A DNA stretch of 64,000 bases. It comes from an uncultured Nitrospiraceae bacterium. Lineage in GTDB: Bacteria; Nitrospirota; Nitrospiria; Nitrospirales; Nitrospiraceae. The DNA is taken from positions 128,001-192,000 of the forward strand of contig CAVPLT010000007.1 in assembly GCA_963706325.1 (NCBI GenBank), written 5' to 3'. The position numbers were made by a program, and so were the translations under genes. A model generated the notes under the pieces. The model did no database searches, was not told the DNA's origin, and saw only the letters and a program-made list of their open reading frames with translations. Positions 1 through 10,193 of this stretch are shown here, one piece after another (positions within the stretch are counted from its first letter, which is position 1; the number at the start of each line of letters is the position of its first letter).

Positions 1-607
1 GTCGGTCACCGGCCAAGACCACCGAACTCCCTATGACGCGCAGGCCGATCTCACGACTCAGGTGAAACAATCTTTCGACAGCTCGTTGGCCCATCTCCAC
101 ACCGACCACGTCGACTCCTATGTGCTGCACGGCCCCTATTATCGGCGAGGGCTCGCAGCGGAAGATTGGGAAGTCTGGGCCGCGATCGAGCAGCTGTATG
201 AATCGGGAAAGACGAAGATGATCGGTATCAGCAACGTGACGGCTGAACAACTCACGCTGCTGTGCCAACGGGCCGCGCACAAACCCATGGTGGTGCAGAA
301 TCGCTGTTATGCCGCGATGGGCTGGGATCAGGAGGTGCGGGAGATTTGTCGAACGCGCGGAATCATTTACCAAGGGTTCTCGCTCTTGACCGCCAATCGT
401 GAGGTGTTCGCCGAGCCGGAGGTGCGGGCAATGGCGGCGAAGTATGGCATGGGATTGGCGCAGCTGGTCTTTCGGTTTGCGATGCAGATCGGCATGCTAC
501 CGCTGACGGGTACGACCAACCCGCAACATATGACAGAGGATCTACAGTCCGACCGGTTCACGATCGGTCCCGAGGACCTGCAGCGGCTGGAGACGATAGG
601 AATGTAA
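1..607 (+). CDS. Aldo/keto reductase, 5'-truncated by the window edge
   Basis: SLAHLHTDHVDSYVLHGP, IGISN, VVQNRC, QGFSLL and LPLTGTTNPQHM match the AKR family pattern; the frame is open to the window start. Confidence 0.85.
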   Translation, partial: SVTGQDHRTPYDAQADLTTQVKQSFDSSLAHLHTDHVDSYVLHGPYYRRGLAAEDWEVWAAIEQLYESGKTKMIGISNVTAEQLTLLCQRAAHKPMVVQNRCYAAMGWDQEVREICRTRGIIYQGFSLLTANREVFAEPEVRAMAAKYGMGLAQLVFRFAMQIGMLPLTGTTNPQHMTEDLQSDRFTIGPEDLQRLETIGM

Positions 608-671
608 CCCACGGCCTGCATCGATAGTCGTTGGATGATGTGGATCTATGGACTCGACAAAAGTTTGATCA

Positions 672-2288
672 ATGGAAAGTCTGCACCAACTCGAAGTAGT
701 CATCCTATTGCTGACGGTGGTGCTTGCGCTGACGACAATCGCGCAGAAGATCAACATCCCATACCCCATTTTTCTTGTGCTGGGCGGCCTGGTGCTTGGC
801 GTGGTGCCCGGTCTGCCGCCGGTGACACTTCATCCGGACCTGGTGTTCCTCGTCTTTCTGCCGCCGATCTTATGGGCGGCGGCCTATTTCACGTCATTGC
901 GTGAATTTCGTCAAAATCTTCGGCCGATCTCACTCCTGGCAGTCGGGCTCGTGCTGGCGACTTCGGCTGGGGTGGCGGCGGTGGCCCATGCCGTCTTGCC
1001 TGGCATGGGATGGGCGGAGGCCATTGCGCTGGGAGCCATTGTCTCGCCGCCTGATGCCGTCTCCGCGACGGCGATCGGCAAACGGCTGGGAATTCCGCGT
1101 CGAGTGGTGACGATCCTTGAGGGCGAAAGCCTGGTTAATGATGCGACGGCGCTGGTGTTATATCGGGCCGCGGTTGGCGCGGTCGTCAGCGGCTCGTTTG
1201 CGCTCGGCTGGACTCTCCTCGATTTTTTGTTTGCCGCGCTGGTCGGCGTCGCCATCGGGATTGGGCTAGCTTGGCTCACCCGTTGGGCGATCTGCGCAAC
1301 GGAAGACGGGTTCACTCAGATCGGTATCACGTTGCTGGCGCCCTATATTGCGTGGGTGGTGGCTGAGTTGGTGCATGCGTCGGCAGTCCTGGCTTGTGTG
1401 GCGGGCGGTGTATATCTCCGTCAGTATTTCAGCGGCGCCGTGGCCCCGGCCACCAGAATACAAGCTCGCGCGGTGTGGGAGCTGCTCATCTTTATTTTGA
1501 ACGGCGTGATTTTTATTCTGATCGGTTTTCAGCTGGGCGCGTTGCGTGATGCGGCGCCCGCCGGACAGTTTGGCACAATTTTGTTGGCGGGAATGTGGGT
1601 CAGCGTGACCGCTATCGTGGTGCGGTTCGTGTGGGTGCCGCTGGCTGCCCTCATTCCCCGGTGGCTGAGCGCGACCCTGCGGGCGCGCGATCCGATGCCT
1701 CCGTGGTCGGGCTTGTTTCTCATTTCGTGGACCGGCATGCGCGGGATCGTCACACTCGCCGCGGCATTGGCCCTCCCGATGACGACGAGCACCGGCGTAC
1801 CGTTTCCGTTCCGATCTGAAATTATTTTGATCAGCTTTACGGTCATTCTCGTCACCCTGGTTCTGCAAGGGCTCTCGCTGCCGCCGATCATCCGGCTGCT
1901 CCGTCCGGAAGAAGATCACGGCTTGGATCAGGAAGAAACCATGGCGCGAGAACATGCGACGACGGCAGCGCTGAACCGGTTGGATCAAGTGGTGGGAGAG
2001 AACTGGGCCACGTCGGAGCAGGTGGAGCGAGTGCGACTTCAGTACAGCCGGCGGTTGGAGCGGTTCGCCCGATCCAATCTTATGGAGAAAACGGCTATTG
2101 ATGGGGTTACCGAGGTCGTTCAGCGTCTGCGGCATGAGACATTGACGGCTGAGCGGATTGCCCTCATCGGGCTTCGCAATGACGGCACGATCAGCGACGA
2201 AGTCCTGCATCATCTGGAGCAGGAACTCGATGTCGCCGCGCTTCACCTTGGCATCGGTGATCGACGCCTGGGCAGAAGCCGGAGCTAG
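672..2288 (+). CDS. Na+/H+ antiporter, CPA1 family (YjcE/NhaP-like)
   Basis: Many TM segments; LGAIVSPPDAVS, ILEGESLVNDATAL and WTGMRGIVTLAAAL motifs; C-terminal helical tail. Confidence 0.92.
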   Translation: MESLHQLEVVILLLTVVLALTTIAQKINIPYPIFLVLGGLVLGVVPGLPPVTLHPDLVFLVFLPPILWAAAYFTSLREFRQNLRPISLLAVGLVLATSAGVAAVAHAVLPGMGWAEAIALGAIVSPPDAVSATAIGKRLGIPRRVVTILEGESLVNDATALVLYRAAVGAVVSGSFALGWTLLDFLFAALVGVAIGIGLAWLTRWAICATEDGFTQIGITLLAPYIAWVVAELVHASAVLACVAGGVYLRQYFSGAVAPATRIQARAVWELLIFILNGVIFILIGFQLGALRDAAPAGQFGTILLAGMWVSVTAIVVRFVWVPLAALIPRWLSATLRARDPMPPWSGLFLISWTGMRGIVTLAAALALPMTTSTGVPFPFRSEIILISFTVILVTLVLQGLSLPPIIRLLRPEEDHGLDQEETMAREHATTAALNRLDQVVGENWATSEQVERVRLQYSRRLERFARSNLMEKTAIDGVTEVVQRLRHETLTAERIALIGLRNDGTISDEVLHHLEQELDVAALHLGIGDRRLGRSRS

Positions 2289-2406
2289 AGGATCGTAAGA
2301 TAGTTCCGCATGCGAGAAGATCCTCACTGGTCGGTAGTCTGGGTAGTGCCATCTCAGGGCCATGACAGTCGCGCCCCGGCAAGAAGCAGCGTAAAACGCT
2401 GCCTCG

Positions 2407-3714
2407 TCAGAAATATTGCGTGATTCCCACCTGAATAAGCGAATTGGGACTGGGGGACAACAACTGCGCGAAATCCACACGCAGTAACGTGTTGGCGAGA
2501 AACGTGGGCACCACTCTGATGCCTGCCCCGACATTGACTGCGCCTATCCAATTCCGTTGGTTGCCTTCTTCGGTAAAAGGTTGAAAGGCGCCAAAATCTG
2601 AGAAGAGCACCCCCTGCAGCGCCCAACGCGGCGCGAGCTGAATCGCGTGACGCAACTCCAGGTTCATATAAGTTTGTGCCCGATTGCGATAGAGATTATC
2701 GGAGAGCCCTCTGACTCCCGCGATACTCCCCATCAGCAAACTGTGATTCGGATTTCGGCTGTTGTTCACCGCCTCGGCGACCGTATTGATCATCAAGACC
2801 GTCATGGGGGCCAATGGAGCTCCTTGGATATACCGTAGCCGCAACTCGTGACGCGGCTGGTTCGCGCCGATGAAGTAACCCGGCCGGAATTCCAACGCGA
2901 GGCGATACCCGGAGGGCACGAGATCGTGCCAATGGTATCGATCCCAGGTCACCTCTGGAATAAGACCCACATAGTAGCCATCCGGTGGCCGCGCGCCTGT
3001 TCCTGTCTGATCCTGAACGAGCTCCCGATACATTTTGGCGACCACTTCGTAACGCAACGGCGATCCATACGCAAACGGCCCCTTGAGCTCGAATTCGCCG
3101 CCGATCCGGTTGCGTGTCCAGTTGGCCGTCGAATCGGCGAAACGGATGCCGTTGCTGCTGTAGGAGCCCTTTACTTCTTTCGCCCAGCGGTCCGGGCGGT
3201 ACGCATGTTCCGAGATCCACACATCCACATTCGGTCCTCGTTGGCTGTAATTGAATTGACCTCCGATCTGTGTGCCGGTACCGCCCAGGTTATATTCCAC
3301 GAGACCGGCAGTGGCATTCAGGTCTTTGACGCTCGTGCCGCTTGTGAAGCTCAAGACGGGAGAGAGCGTGAACTTCTCCTGCACATCCACGGTCATTTTT
3401 TCGCCATGTGTCGCCACGTTCACCCGATCGAAAAGGCTGAGGTTTCGGATGCGTCTCTCAAACTCCTCGACCTCTGTGCGAGTGAATTGTGCGGGGATCG
3501 GCTGCGGAAGCAATCGCTGGATCGTGTCTTCTTTGGTATGCCGCGCGCCACTGATTTCCAGGGTGTGGATAAAAATGCCCCTGTTCTCAGCGACAGTCTC
3601 AGCGGCGACTGCGGGATGTGCCATGACAGCATGGATGGTGATGACCATCGCACAAGAGAGGATGACCGGAAGAAACAATACACGCGTGTTTCGACTGAAA
3701 TGAATAGGATGCAT
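2407..3714 (-). CDS. POTRA-domain / Omp85 (BamA/TamA)-like outer-membrane protein
   Basis: GGAGG RBS before ATG 3714; signal peptide; POTRA-like segment (LEISGARHTKEDTI...RIRNLSLFDRV); GVRG motif; C-terminal GITQYF beta-signal. Confidence 0.7.
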   Translation of the reverse strand: MHPIHFSRNTRVLFLPVILSCAMVITIHAVMAHPAVAAETVAENRGIFIHTLEISGARHTKEDTIQRLLPQPIPAQFTRTEVEEFERRIRNLSLFDRVNVATHGEKMTVDVQEKFTLSPVLSFTSGTSVKDLNATAGLVEYNLGGTGTQIGGQFNYSQRGPNVDVWISEHAYRPDRWAKEVKGSYSSNGIRFADSTANWTRNRIGGEFELKGPFAYGSPLRYEVVAKMYRELVQDQTGTGARPPDGYYVGLIPEVTWDRYHWHDLVPSGYRLALEFRPGYFIGANQPRHELRLRYIQGAPLAPMTVLMINTVAEAVNNSRNPNHSLLMGSIAGVRGLSDNLYRNRAQTYMNLELRHAIQLAPRWALQGVLFSDFGAFQPFTEEGNQRNWIGAVNVGAGIRVVPTFLANTLLRVDFAQLLSPSPNSLIQVGITQYF

Positions 3715-3787
3715 CGCAGACCTCCATGGTAAAAACAGGTCCACCGTGTTGAACGATGGAACCGTCAGTGGAGAGACTGGATGTAAT

Positions 3788-4144
3788 TTAGATTCGAAGC
3801 GGAAGAAGGAGCGGAACAGGACTGCTGCGCGGCGGCCGCTCATGGGCCGGGGCCGCTCGTGTGCTTGGGAGGGACGGCAGGCAGGCGGAAATGAGAATAG
3901 CTTCGAGAGCTATCCAGGCCCAGGCCGGCCATGCCATGCCTGCCGGGCTGTCGGCTTTCTGAGAAGCCATCAGAACATGTTCAGCGGGATTGTCAGGCTC
4001 TTCCGAAATGGGCGCACCATCGACGGATGTGCTGAGATCCGGCTCCTCGAAGGCCAGGTCCATGACCAGATCCCCGGTAATCATGAAAGCGACTACCAGA
4101 GTCAGCCACGCGATGACACCGGTGTGTCGTGTCATTGTTTTCAT
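3788..4144 (-). CDS. Small membrane-anchored protein, possible leader ORF of the downstream OM protein
   Basis: N-terminal TM helix, acidic linker, C-terminal ...AHERPPRSSPVPLLLPLRI; start codon uncertain (4153, 4144 or 4135). Confidence 0.5.
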   Translation of the reverse strand: MKTMTRHTGVIAWLTLVVAFMITGDLVMDLAFEEPDLSTSVDGAPISEEPDNPAEHVLMASQKADSPAGMAWPAWAWIALEAILISACLPSLPSTRAAPAHERPPRSSPVPLLLPLRI

Positions 4145-4292
4145 CCACAGCATGAGTCCCGACTATAAGGTCGGGACGGCGGTCTGTCAATTGATGTCGC
4201 TCAGCGGGACCGCGATGGTTCCGGTACATCTTCGCATTCCGGGTGAGGGGTCCCTGCTTGACGCGCGGGCTTGCTGCGGGTAGGTTCACGCC

Positions 4293-4766
4293 ATGTCGAT
4301 TCGTGTCACACAGGCACAGCCGTCCGATGCTCCGATAGTCGCTGAATTAGTCGGCGAGTTGTTGCGCGAGATCATGACGGCAATCGGCACGCAAGCGTTT
4401 GAATTTTCTGAGTCCGCCACCGAAGAGCGAGCCAGACAGTGGACGTTGGATCAGACGTATATCGTTCTGCTGGCTCACGACGAGGATAGCGTCGTGGGCT
4501 GCCTGACCCTCACGGAAAACCGCGCACTGTATGCCGAAGGCGCCTTCGGGATCATTCCTGAAATGTATGTACGCCCGGCCTTTCGGTCGCGCACAGTCGG
4601 TGCGATGCTCCTGGCAGAGGCGAAACAGGTAGCCCGGTTGCGGCGATGGACCAGATTAGAGGTCACGACGCCCCCCTTGCCGCAGTTCGATCGGACTCTC
4701 GCGTTCTACGAGCGGCAGGGATTCAACATGTCCGGTGGGCGGAAGATGAAAGTAGGCCTGCCGTGA
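4293..4766 (+). CDS. GNAT family N-acetyltransferase
   Basis: IPEMYVRPAFRSRTVGAMLL acetyl-CoA motif and FYERQGF. Confidence 0.88.
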   Translation: MSIRVTQAQPSDAPIVAELVGELLREIMTAIGTQAFEFSESATEERARQWTLDQTYIVLLAHDEDSVVGCLTLTENRALYAEGAFGIIPEMYVRPAFRSRTVGAMLLAEAKQVARLRRWTRLEVTTPPLPQFDRTLAFYERQGFNMSGGRKMKVGLP

Positions 4767-5176
4767 AGCCTATCGTGCAGGAAGAACGAACTGGTTGTGG
4801 CATTGCGGCGGTGGCCGCGATTGCCGGGGTGTCTTACGCGAAGGCAAAGACCGCGGCCGCCTCGTTGGGCATCTCTTCGCAGGACCGAAGACTGTGGTCG
4901 GAGACCATTCATGTGCGGCGATTGCTCGCGCTGTTCGGTGTGCATGCCGCGAGGACGACAAGGCCGTTTCGTGCCTGGTCGAAGCTGCCGGATTGCGCGC
5001 TGCTCGCTATCAAGTGGCGCGTCGAACAGGAGCGGCCATTCTGGCATTGGGTGGTGTTTGTGCGAGCGAAAGATCAGGCATATGTCTTGGATTCCAAGCC
5101 GACGTTGAAGACTGCTCTGCGGACTGATTTCGGACGCATGAAGCCGCGGTGGTTTTTGCCTGTCGCCATAAAATGA
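4763..5176 (+). CDS. Peptidase C39-like cysteine protease domain protein
   Basis: GTGA overlap with the GNAT stop; QEERTGCGIAAVA (catalytic Cys), HWVVF (His), VLDS. Confidence 0.7.
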   Translation: MKPIVQEERTGCGIAAVAAIAGVSYAKAKTAAASLGISSQDRRLWSETIHVRRLLALFGVHAARTTRPFRAWSKLPDCALLAIKWRVEQERPFWHWVVFVRAKDQAYVLDSKPTLKTALRTDFGRMKPRWFLPVAIK

Positions 5177-5228
5177 TGGCCCATGTCTCGCGCCGTCTAG
5201 CTCGGGATTTCGCCAGTAGTCACTCGCG

Positions 5229-6854
5229 ATGAATTCTCCTAGAATCGCGCGCACCACCTCAGATTTCCCGCATGATATGGATCAATCGCTTCGCACGCAC
5301 CATCCATGGAAATATGTCGGTATCGGTGTAGCTATCATCGTGCTGGGAGCGTTGATAGCCATCGTGTTCATCGACGAGCCCCTACGTGGCTTCATCGAAC
5401 GGCGGGTGAACCAACGCCTGGATGGATATCGCCTCACCATCGGATCGCTCGACTTCCATCCGATCGGGTTTTCCATCGATCTTGAAAATGTGGTGCTGGT
5501 GAAGACGCAGCACCCTGATCAACCCATCCTGAAGATCCCTTTATGGAGCGCGAGTGTGCATTGGCGAGACTTGCTGCGAGGCGCGCTGGTCAGCGATCAC
5601 CGATTCGAACGACCGACTCTGCAGATCACGCGGGCGCAGGCCGTGGAGGAAGCCGATGATACTCGCGCGTTGACGGAGCGTGGGTGGCAGAAAGCCGTGT
5701 TGGCCGTCTATCCATTAGATATCAATGAACTGGATATTGTGGACGGCGAGGTCAGCTATGCCGACTCGCCGACCAGTAAACCGCTGCGGTTGCAGGCAGT
5801 TCAATTTCGAGCGGGCAATATTCGGAACATCGAGTCACCGGACAATACCTATCCGTCTCGTATCAGTCTCCAGGCACAGGTATTTGGGTCGGGACGGCTG
5901 ACCGTTGACGGCAAGGCGGATTTTCTCGCCCAACCACATGTCGGTGTCGATGCGCACGTCGAGCTGACCGATATTCCACTCACGGACTTGTTGCCGCTCA
6001 CGGGACGGGCGAATGTCATTCTGCGGGAAGGGCTACTGAAGGCCAAAGGCCACGTCGAGTATTCTCCTTCTGTGAAGAACGTGCAGGTCCAAGATTTTGC
6101 GGTGAACAATCTTCGTATGGACTATGTGCATGCCGCCGGCGCGGCGAAGAAAGAAAAGCCGGTTGTCGAGGCTGCCGTCAAACAAGCCACAGAGGTTCGG
6201 AGGGAGCCGCCTGTCAGCGTGCGCATTGAGCGAGGTCAGATCACCAACAGTGAATTGGGATTCGTGAATAAGGAAACGGTTCCCGGCTATCGGGTCTTCC
6301 TGGCCCAGATCAATATGCAGATTCAAGATCTCTCCAATACCTTCGATCGAGAGACTGCCGGGATCAATCTGGAAGGCCGCTTTATGGGAAATGGAAAGCT
6401 TACAACCCGCATCACTATTCGCCCGCAAAACCCCCTGCCTGACTTCGATCTGAAGGTCAAGATTCTGAAAACCAAGCTCGCGTCGATGAATAACGTTTTG
6501 CGCGCGCATGCGAATGCTGACGTGAAGGAAGGGAGCTTCACATTCTTCAGCGAACTGGCTGTGCAGAACGGGAAGGTGACCGGCTACGTTCGGCCCTTTT
6601 TCAAAGATGTGGATGTGTACGATCCGGAGCAGGACAAAGATAAGGGGTTTCTCCAGCAAGTCTATGAGGGGTTGCTCGAGGATCTGGCGGATGTGTTCAA
6701 GAATGTCCCTCGCGAACAGGTCGCGACGGAGGCCACCGTCACGGGGCCGTTGAGCGATCCGCGAACCAGCACATGGGAAGTTTTCGTCAATCTGGTAAAA
6801 AATGCATTCTTTAAGGCGATCGTTCCGGGTTTCAAAAAAACTATCCAGCCGTAG
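5229..6854 (+). CDS. DUF748/AsmA-like membrane-anchored periplasmic protein
   Basis: N-terminal TM then beta-rich repeats; GYVRPFFKDVDV and VNLVKNAFFKAIVPG C-terminus typical of DUF748 proteins; start may be 5276. Confidence 0.72.
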   Translation: MNSPRIARTTSDFPHDMDQSLRTHHPWKYVGIGVAIIVLGALIAIVFIDEPLRGFIERRVNQRLDGYRLTIGSLDFHPIGFSIDLENVVLVKTQHPDQPILKIPLWSASVHWRDLLRGALVSDHRFERPTLQITRAQAVEEADDTRALTERGWQKAVLAVYPLDINELDIVDGEVSYADSPTSKPLRLQAVQFRAGNIRNIESPDNTYPSRISLQAQVFGSGRLTVDGKADFLAQPHVGVDAHVELTDIPLTDLLPLTGRANVILREGLLKAKGHVEYSPSVKNVQVQDFAVNNLRMDYVHAAGAAKKEKPVVEAAVKQATEVRREPPVSVRIERGQITNSELGFVNKETVPGYRVFLAQINMQIQDLSNTFDRETAGINLEGRFMGNGKLTTRITIRPQNPLPDFDLKVKILKTKLASMNNVLRAHANADVKEGSFTFFSELAVQNGKVTGYVRPFFKDVDVYDPEQDKDKGFLQQVYEGLLEDLADVFKNVPREQVATEATVTGPLSDPRTSTWEVFVNLVKNAFFKAIVPGFKKTIQP

Positions 6855-7004
6855 TTCATACTTCCCTCGCGGTACCGTTGAGATACGCATGCCTCGCGCT
6901 TGAGCTTTTACGCCCCATTGAGATAAGGTTCGGCGCCGTTGCGGGATGGCGCTCGGAATCGATTGAAGCGCACTGTGAAAATGTGACTGGGAGATGAGCG
7001 ACGC

Positions 7005-8240
7005 ATGAACATTGCGGTGATCGGTGGTGGACCGGCTGGACTGATGGCTGCAGAGGCGGCGTTGGCGGGCGGCGCGCGGGTGGATCTGTACGACTCCATG
7101 GCCTCCATCGGCAGGAAGTTTTTGTTAGCCGGAAAGGGCGGCCTAAACCTGACCCACTCCGACCCCACCGAGCTCTTTCTGTCACGGTATGGCGACCGTC
7201 GGGAACAGGTGGCCCCCTGGCTGGTGGAGTTTGATCCCGCGGCGCTTCGCGCATGGGCACGGGGGCTCGGGGTGGAAACCTGTGTCGGTTCTTCGGGCCG
7301 GGTGTTTCCCACCGATATGAAATCCGCCCCGCTTCTGCGCGCTTGGTTGCGTCGGCTGCGTCAAACGGGGTTGACCGTTCATGTCCGGCACCGTTGGTGC
7401 GGATGGGATGATGCAGGCGCGCTCCGCTTCGAGACCGCTGGCGGACCGCTGACGGTGCGGGCCGATGCGGTCATCTTCGCGATGGGCGGAGGCAGCTGGC
7501 CACAGCTCGGGTCCGATGGCGCGTGGGTGTCTCATTTCACAGAACGCGCCGTTCCGATCGCTCCGCTACAACCGGCCAATTGCGGTTTCGACGTGTGCTG
7601 GAGCGAACACTTTCGGGCCAAGTTCGCCGGCCATCCGGTCAAAACCGTGGGGGTGGTCGCGAAGTCTCCGTCAGGTTCGGTGATGCGTCGTATGGGAGAG
7701 TTTGTGATTACGGACAGCGGCGTCGAGGGTGGCGTGATCTATGCGGTCGCTCCCTACCTTCGCGATGAGATTCAGGCGACTGGTCGAGGGACGCTCCGGC
7801 TTGACCTCGCGCCCGATCGAGAGCTCCCGCGTCTCATCAAGGACCTGTCTCAACCGCGCGGCAAAAAGACGATGGCGACACATTTGCAACGGCGCGCGCA
7901 TATCGAAGGGGTGAAATCCGGCCTGCTTCGAGAATATGTTTCGAAAGAAGATTTTACAGATCCGACGCGCCTGGCAGCGTCGATCAAATCTCTCACGCTC
8001 ACTCTAGTGGCACCGCGTCCTTTGGCGGAGGCGATCAGCACTGCCGGTGGGGTGGGGTTCGAGGCGCTGGACAGCAGACTGATGGTACGCGCCCTGCCGG
8101 GTCTGTTTTGCGCGGGAGAAATGTTGGATTGGGAGGCGCCAACCGGCGGCTATCTGCTCACCGCCTGTTTCGCCAGCGGCCGCGCCGCCGGCGTGGGGGC
8201 GGTCGCGTGGCTGAGGGAGCGTGCAGGGCGTGCCGGGTAA
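7005..8240 (+). CDS. HI0933/BaiN-like (TIGR03862-type) FAD-dependent flavoprotein
   Basis: VIGGGPAGLMAA, GRKFLLAGKGGLNLT, GSSGRVFP, AISTAGGV, AGEMLDWEAPTGGYLL. Confidence 0.92.
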   Translation: MNIAVIGGGPAGLMAAEAALAGGARVDLYDSMASIGRKFLLAGKGGLNLTHSDPTELFLSRYGDRREQVAPWLVEFDPAALRAWARGLGVETCVGSSGRVFPTDMKSAPLLRAWLRRLRQTGLTVHVRHRWCGWDDAGALRFETAGGPLTVRADAVIFAMGGGSWPQLGSDGAWVSHFTERAVPIAPLQPANCGFDVCWSEHFRAKFAGHPVKTVGVVAKSPSGSVMRRMGEFVITDSGVEGGVIYAVAPYLRDEIQATGRGTLRLDLAPDRELPRLIKDLSQPRGKKTMATHLQRRAHIEGVKSGLLREYVSKEDFTDPTRLAASIKSLTLTLVAPRPLAEAISTAGGVGFEALDSRLMVRALPGLFCAGEMLDWEAPTGGYLLTACFASGRAAGVGAVAWLRERAGRAG

Positions 8241-8790
8241 TTTAGCAGACGCAGACTCGGTGGTAGGCTTGATCGTGCCCGGAATCGGCAACTCTGGGCC
8301 TGGGCACTGGCAGACCGCGTGGGAGCGACAATATCCTGACTGGCAGCGTGTGCAGCAGCGGGATTGGGATCGTCCCGTCCGAGACGAGTGGTTACGCGCT
8401 CTCGATGACGCGATAGGTCGCCTCTCTGTCCCACCGGTGCTGATCGCCCACAGCATGGGCTGCCTCTTAGTGGCTCATTGGGCACATCGTTCGACCGCGC
8501 CTCTCCGAGGAGCCTTTCTGGTAGCAGTCCCCGATCCCGACGGGCCCCTGTTTCCTCCCACTGCGCAAGGGTTTCAGTCCGTTCCTGCGGGGATGCTTCG
8601 CTGCCCGAGCCTCGTGGTCGCCAGCAGCGATGATCCCTTCGGGTCCGTGGCCTATGCCAGACGATGCGCGGTCGGTTGGGGGAGCCTCTTCGTGGAGGTT
8701 GGTGCCGCAGGCCATATCAATGCGGACAGTGGCTTGGGCGATTGGCCCGCCGGTCTGAAGTTATTCGACGGCTGGATGAAATCGTTGTGA
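8221..8790 (+). CDS. RBBP9/YdeN family alpha/beta hydrolase
   Basis: IVPGIGNSGPGHWQ, AHSMGC nucleophile elbow, SSDDPF, GHIN. Confidence 0.9.
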   Translation: MQGVPGNLADADSVVGLIVPGIGNSGPGHWQTAWERQYPDWQRVQQRDWDRPVRDEWLRALDDAIGRLSVPPVLIAHSMGCLLVAHWAHRSTAPLRGAFLVAVPDPDGPLFPPTAQGFQSVPAGMLRCPSLVVASSDDPFGSVAYARRCAVGWGSLFVEVGAAGHINADSGLGDWPAGLKLFDGWMKSL

Positions 8791-8865
8791 CAGGCTGCGA
8801 TGAGCACCCATGAAACGAGGAGTGTGCCGTCTGGATTTCGTCGGCTTTAGAGTAACTATTCTAGA

Positions 8866-9103
8866 CAGGATGCTCAAAAAGGCCGTCCAGCCAGGCCGCA
8901 GCGAGGTCCACGGCGCGATGAATAATGAGCGCCACGTTTGTGGACGCCGGCGAGTCGGTGAGCCGGCAGTGTCCGAAAGGCGAAGCGTAGTCATTCTTAC
9001 CCGCCCTCCCTGAGCCTGCCGAGACAGGCTCTATGCCCATGGTCGGTACGTTGAGGGTCTGCACGATGCGAGAACGAAGCTGGCGGACTTTTTCAGCATC
9101 CTG
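8866..9103. mobile_element. MITE-like non-autonomous element (~238 bp) with ~25-bp imperfect terminal inverted repeats
   Basis: Left end CAGGATGCTCAAAAAGGCCGTCCAGC; right end reverse complement CAGGATGCTGAAAAAGTCCGCCAGC; CTAG on both flanks (8861-8864, 9104-9107); no transposase. Confidence 0.75.
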
Positions 9104-9886
9104 CTAGAGCAGGATGCGTTGATATTCCGAATTGGCCAGCGTTCCGGTCTTTAAGTCCCAGTCAATGACGAAAATGGCGGATCGTTCAGATGAGAGGGAG
9201 AGGAGTCGCCGTCCGTTCTGGGCGACCACTGTCTCGGCCGTCGTGAAATCCAACGTACGGTCCGGCCCCGTACGATTGCAGACGAACAACGGCAAGCCCG
9301 TATCTTTTGTGCAGCGTTCCCACTCACCGTTTGGCCCATGGAGTCCCGGAGCCCAGGCTGCCGAAGAGACCAGCATCTTCGCCCCCTGTGCCTTCAGGCT
9401 GTTGGCGATGCCGGGGCTGTAAGCATCCGCGCAAATCAGGAGGCCGACAGTGCCAAACTGCGCCAGTCGACATGCAGTGGCCTGTGTGCCGGGTGTGGAC
9501 CAGGCTTCTGATCCGACGCGCAATGCATTGATCTTGCGGTGACTGCCTGCCAACCGCCCGTCTGGGCCGATGGCAAAAACTGAGTTATACAGCAGCTCAG
9601 ACTGGGGATCCCGTTCGGGATGCGACAAAAAAATTGTGAGTCGCCGACGGGCGGCAAAGCGACACACTTTGGCCATCCAGTGATCCGGCTGCGGCTTGAT
9701 CCATTGAGTCCCGAGGCTGTCGGCGAACGTGTAGCCGGTGACCGCAAGTTCGGGAGTCAAGATCCAGGTAGCGCCCCTATTCGCGGCTTTCATGAGGGCC
9801 GTGGTGACGAGGTGCCGGTTTCGTGCGAGAGCCCCAGGGATGGGTGCGAGGTGCAAGAATGCGATTCGTAGAATAGATCCAGCCAT
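9104..9886 (-). CDS. Carbon-nitrogen hydrolase (nitrilase superfamily)
   Basis: Catalytic triad motifs TPEL (Glu), HRKIN (Lys), ICAD (Cys); start may be 9937. Confidence 0.88.
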   Translation of the reverse strand: MAGSILRIAFLHLAPIPGALARNRHLVTTALMKAANRGATWILTPELAVTGYTFADSLGTQWIKPQPDHWMAKVCRFAARRRLTIFLSHPERDPQSELLYNSVFAIGPDGRLAGSHRKINALRVGSEAWSTPGTQATACRLAQFGTVGLLICADAYSPGIANSLKAQGAKMLVSSAAWAPGLHGPNGEWERCTKDTGLPLFVCNRTGPDRTLDFTTAETVVAQNGRRLLSLSSERSAIFVIDWDLKTGTLANSEYQRILL

Positions 9887-10177
9887 GAGTCGCAAGCCGA
9901 AGGGAAGCGCGCGCCTGTCCGCTTTGGGATGTGGCACTGTATCATAGCCAGCGTCCGGGTTCGATCAGGTATAGTCGGGTGGAAGGATCAGGATCCCGTG
10001 AATCGCGGAGGAAGGTAGTCGACTCTGAAAAATGGCGTGGGCTCAAGTTCGGGAGCATCACACATAGTAGGACGACTCCGTCCTACGTGCCGGCCCTCTT
10101 GCCCCGTCCTGCCGGGGTGTCGCTCGTACGATGTCCCCTGTCGTGAATGAATAATCAGGCAGAGTCGGCACATACCA

Positions 10178-10193
10178 CTGTCAATTCTAACAG
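10178..10193. promoter_or_regulatory. Palindromic operator site 1 (CTGTCAATTCTAACAG)
   Basis: Matches CTGTnA-N4-TnACAG; TACGAT hexamer at 10217-10222 (23-nt gap). Confidence 0.75.

Noticed and set aside
4184..4199. CTGTCAATTGATGTCG half-site between divergent genes
   Set aside because: The right arm does not match TnACAG
6878..6925. TTGAGATA occurring twice upstream of the flavoprotein gene
   Set aside because: An 8-bp pair with no further copies noticed; compatible with chance
8810..9064. Short ORFs MKRGVC.../MQTLNV...
   Set aside because: They lie within the MITE-like element and are probably spurious
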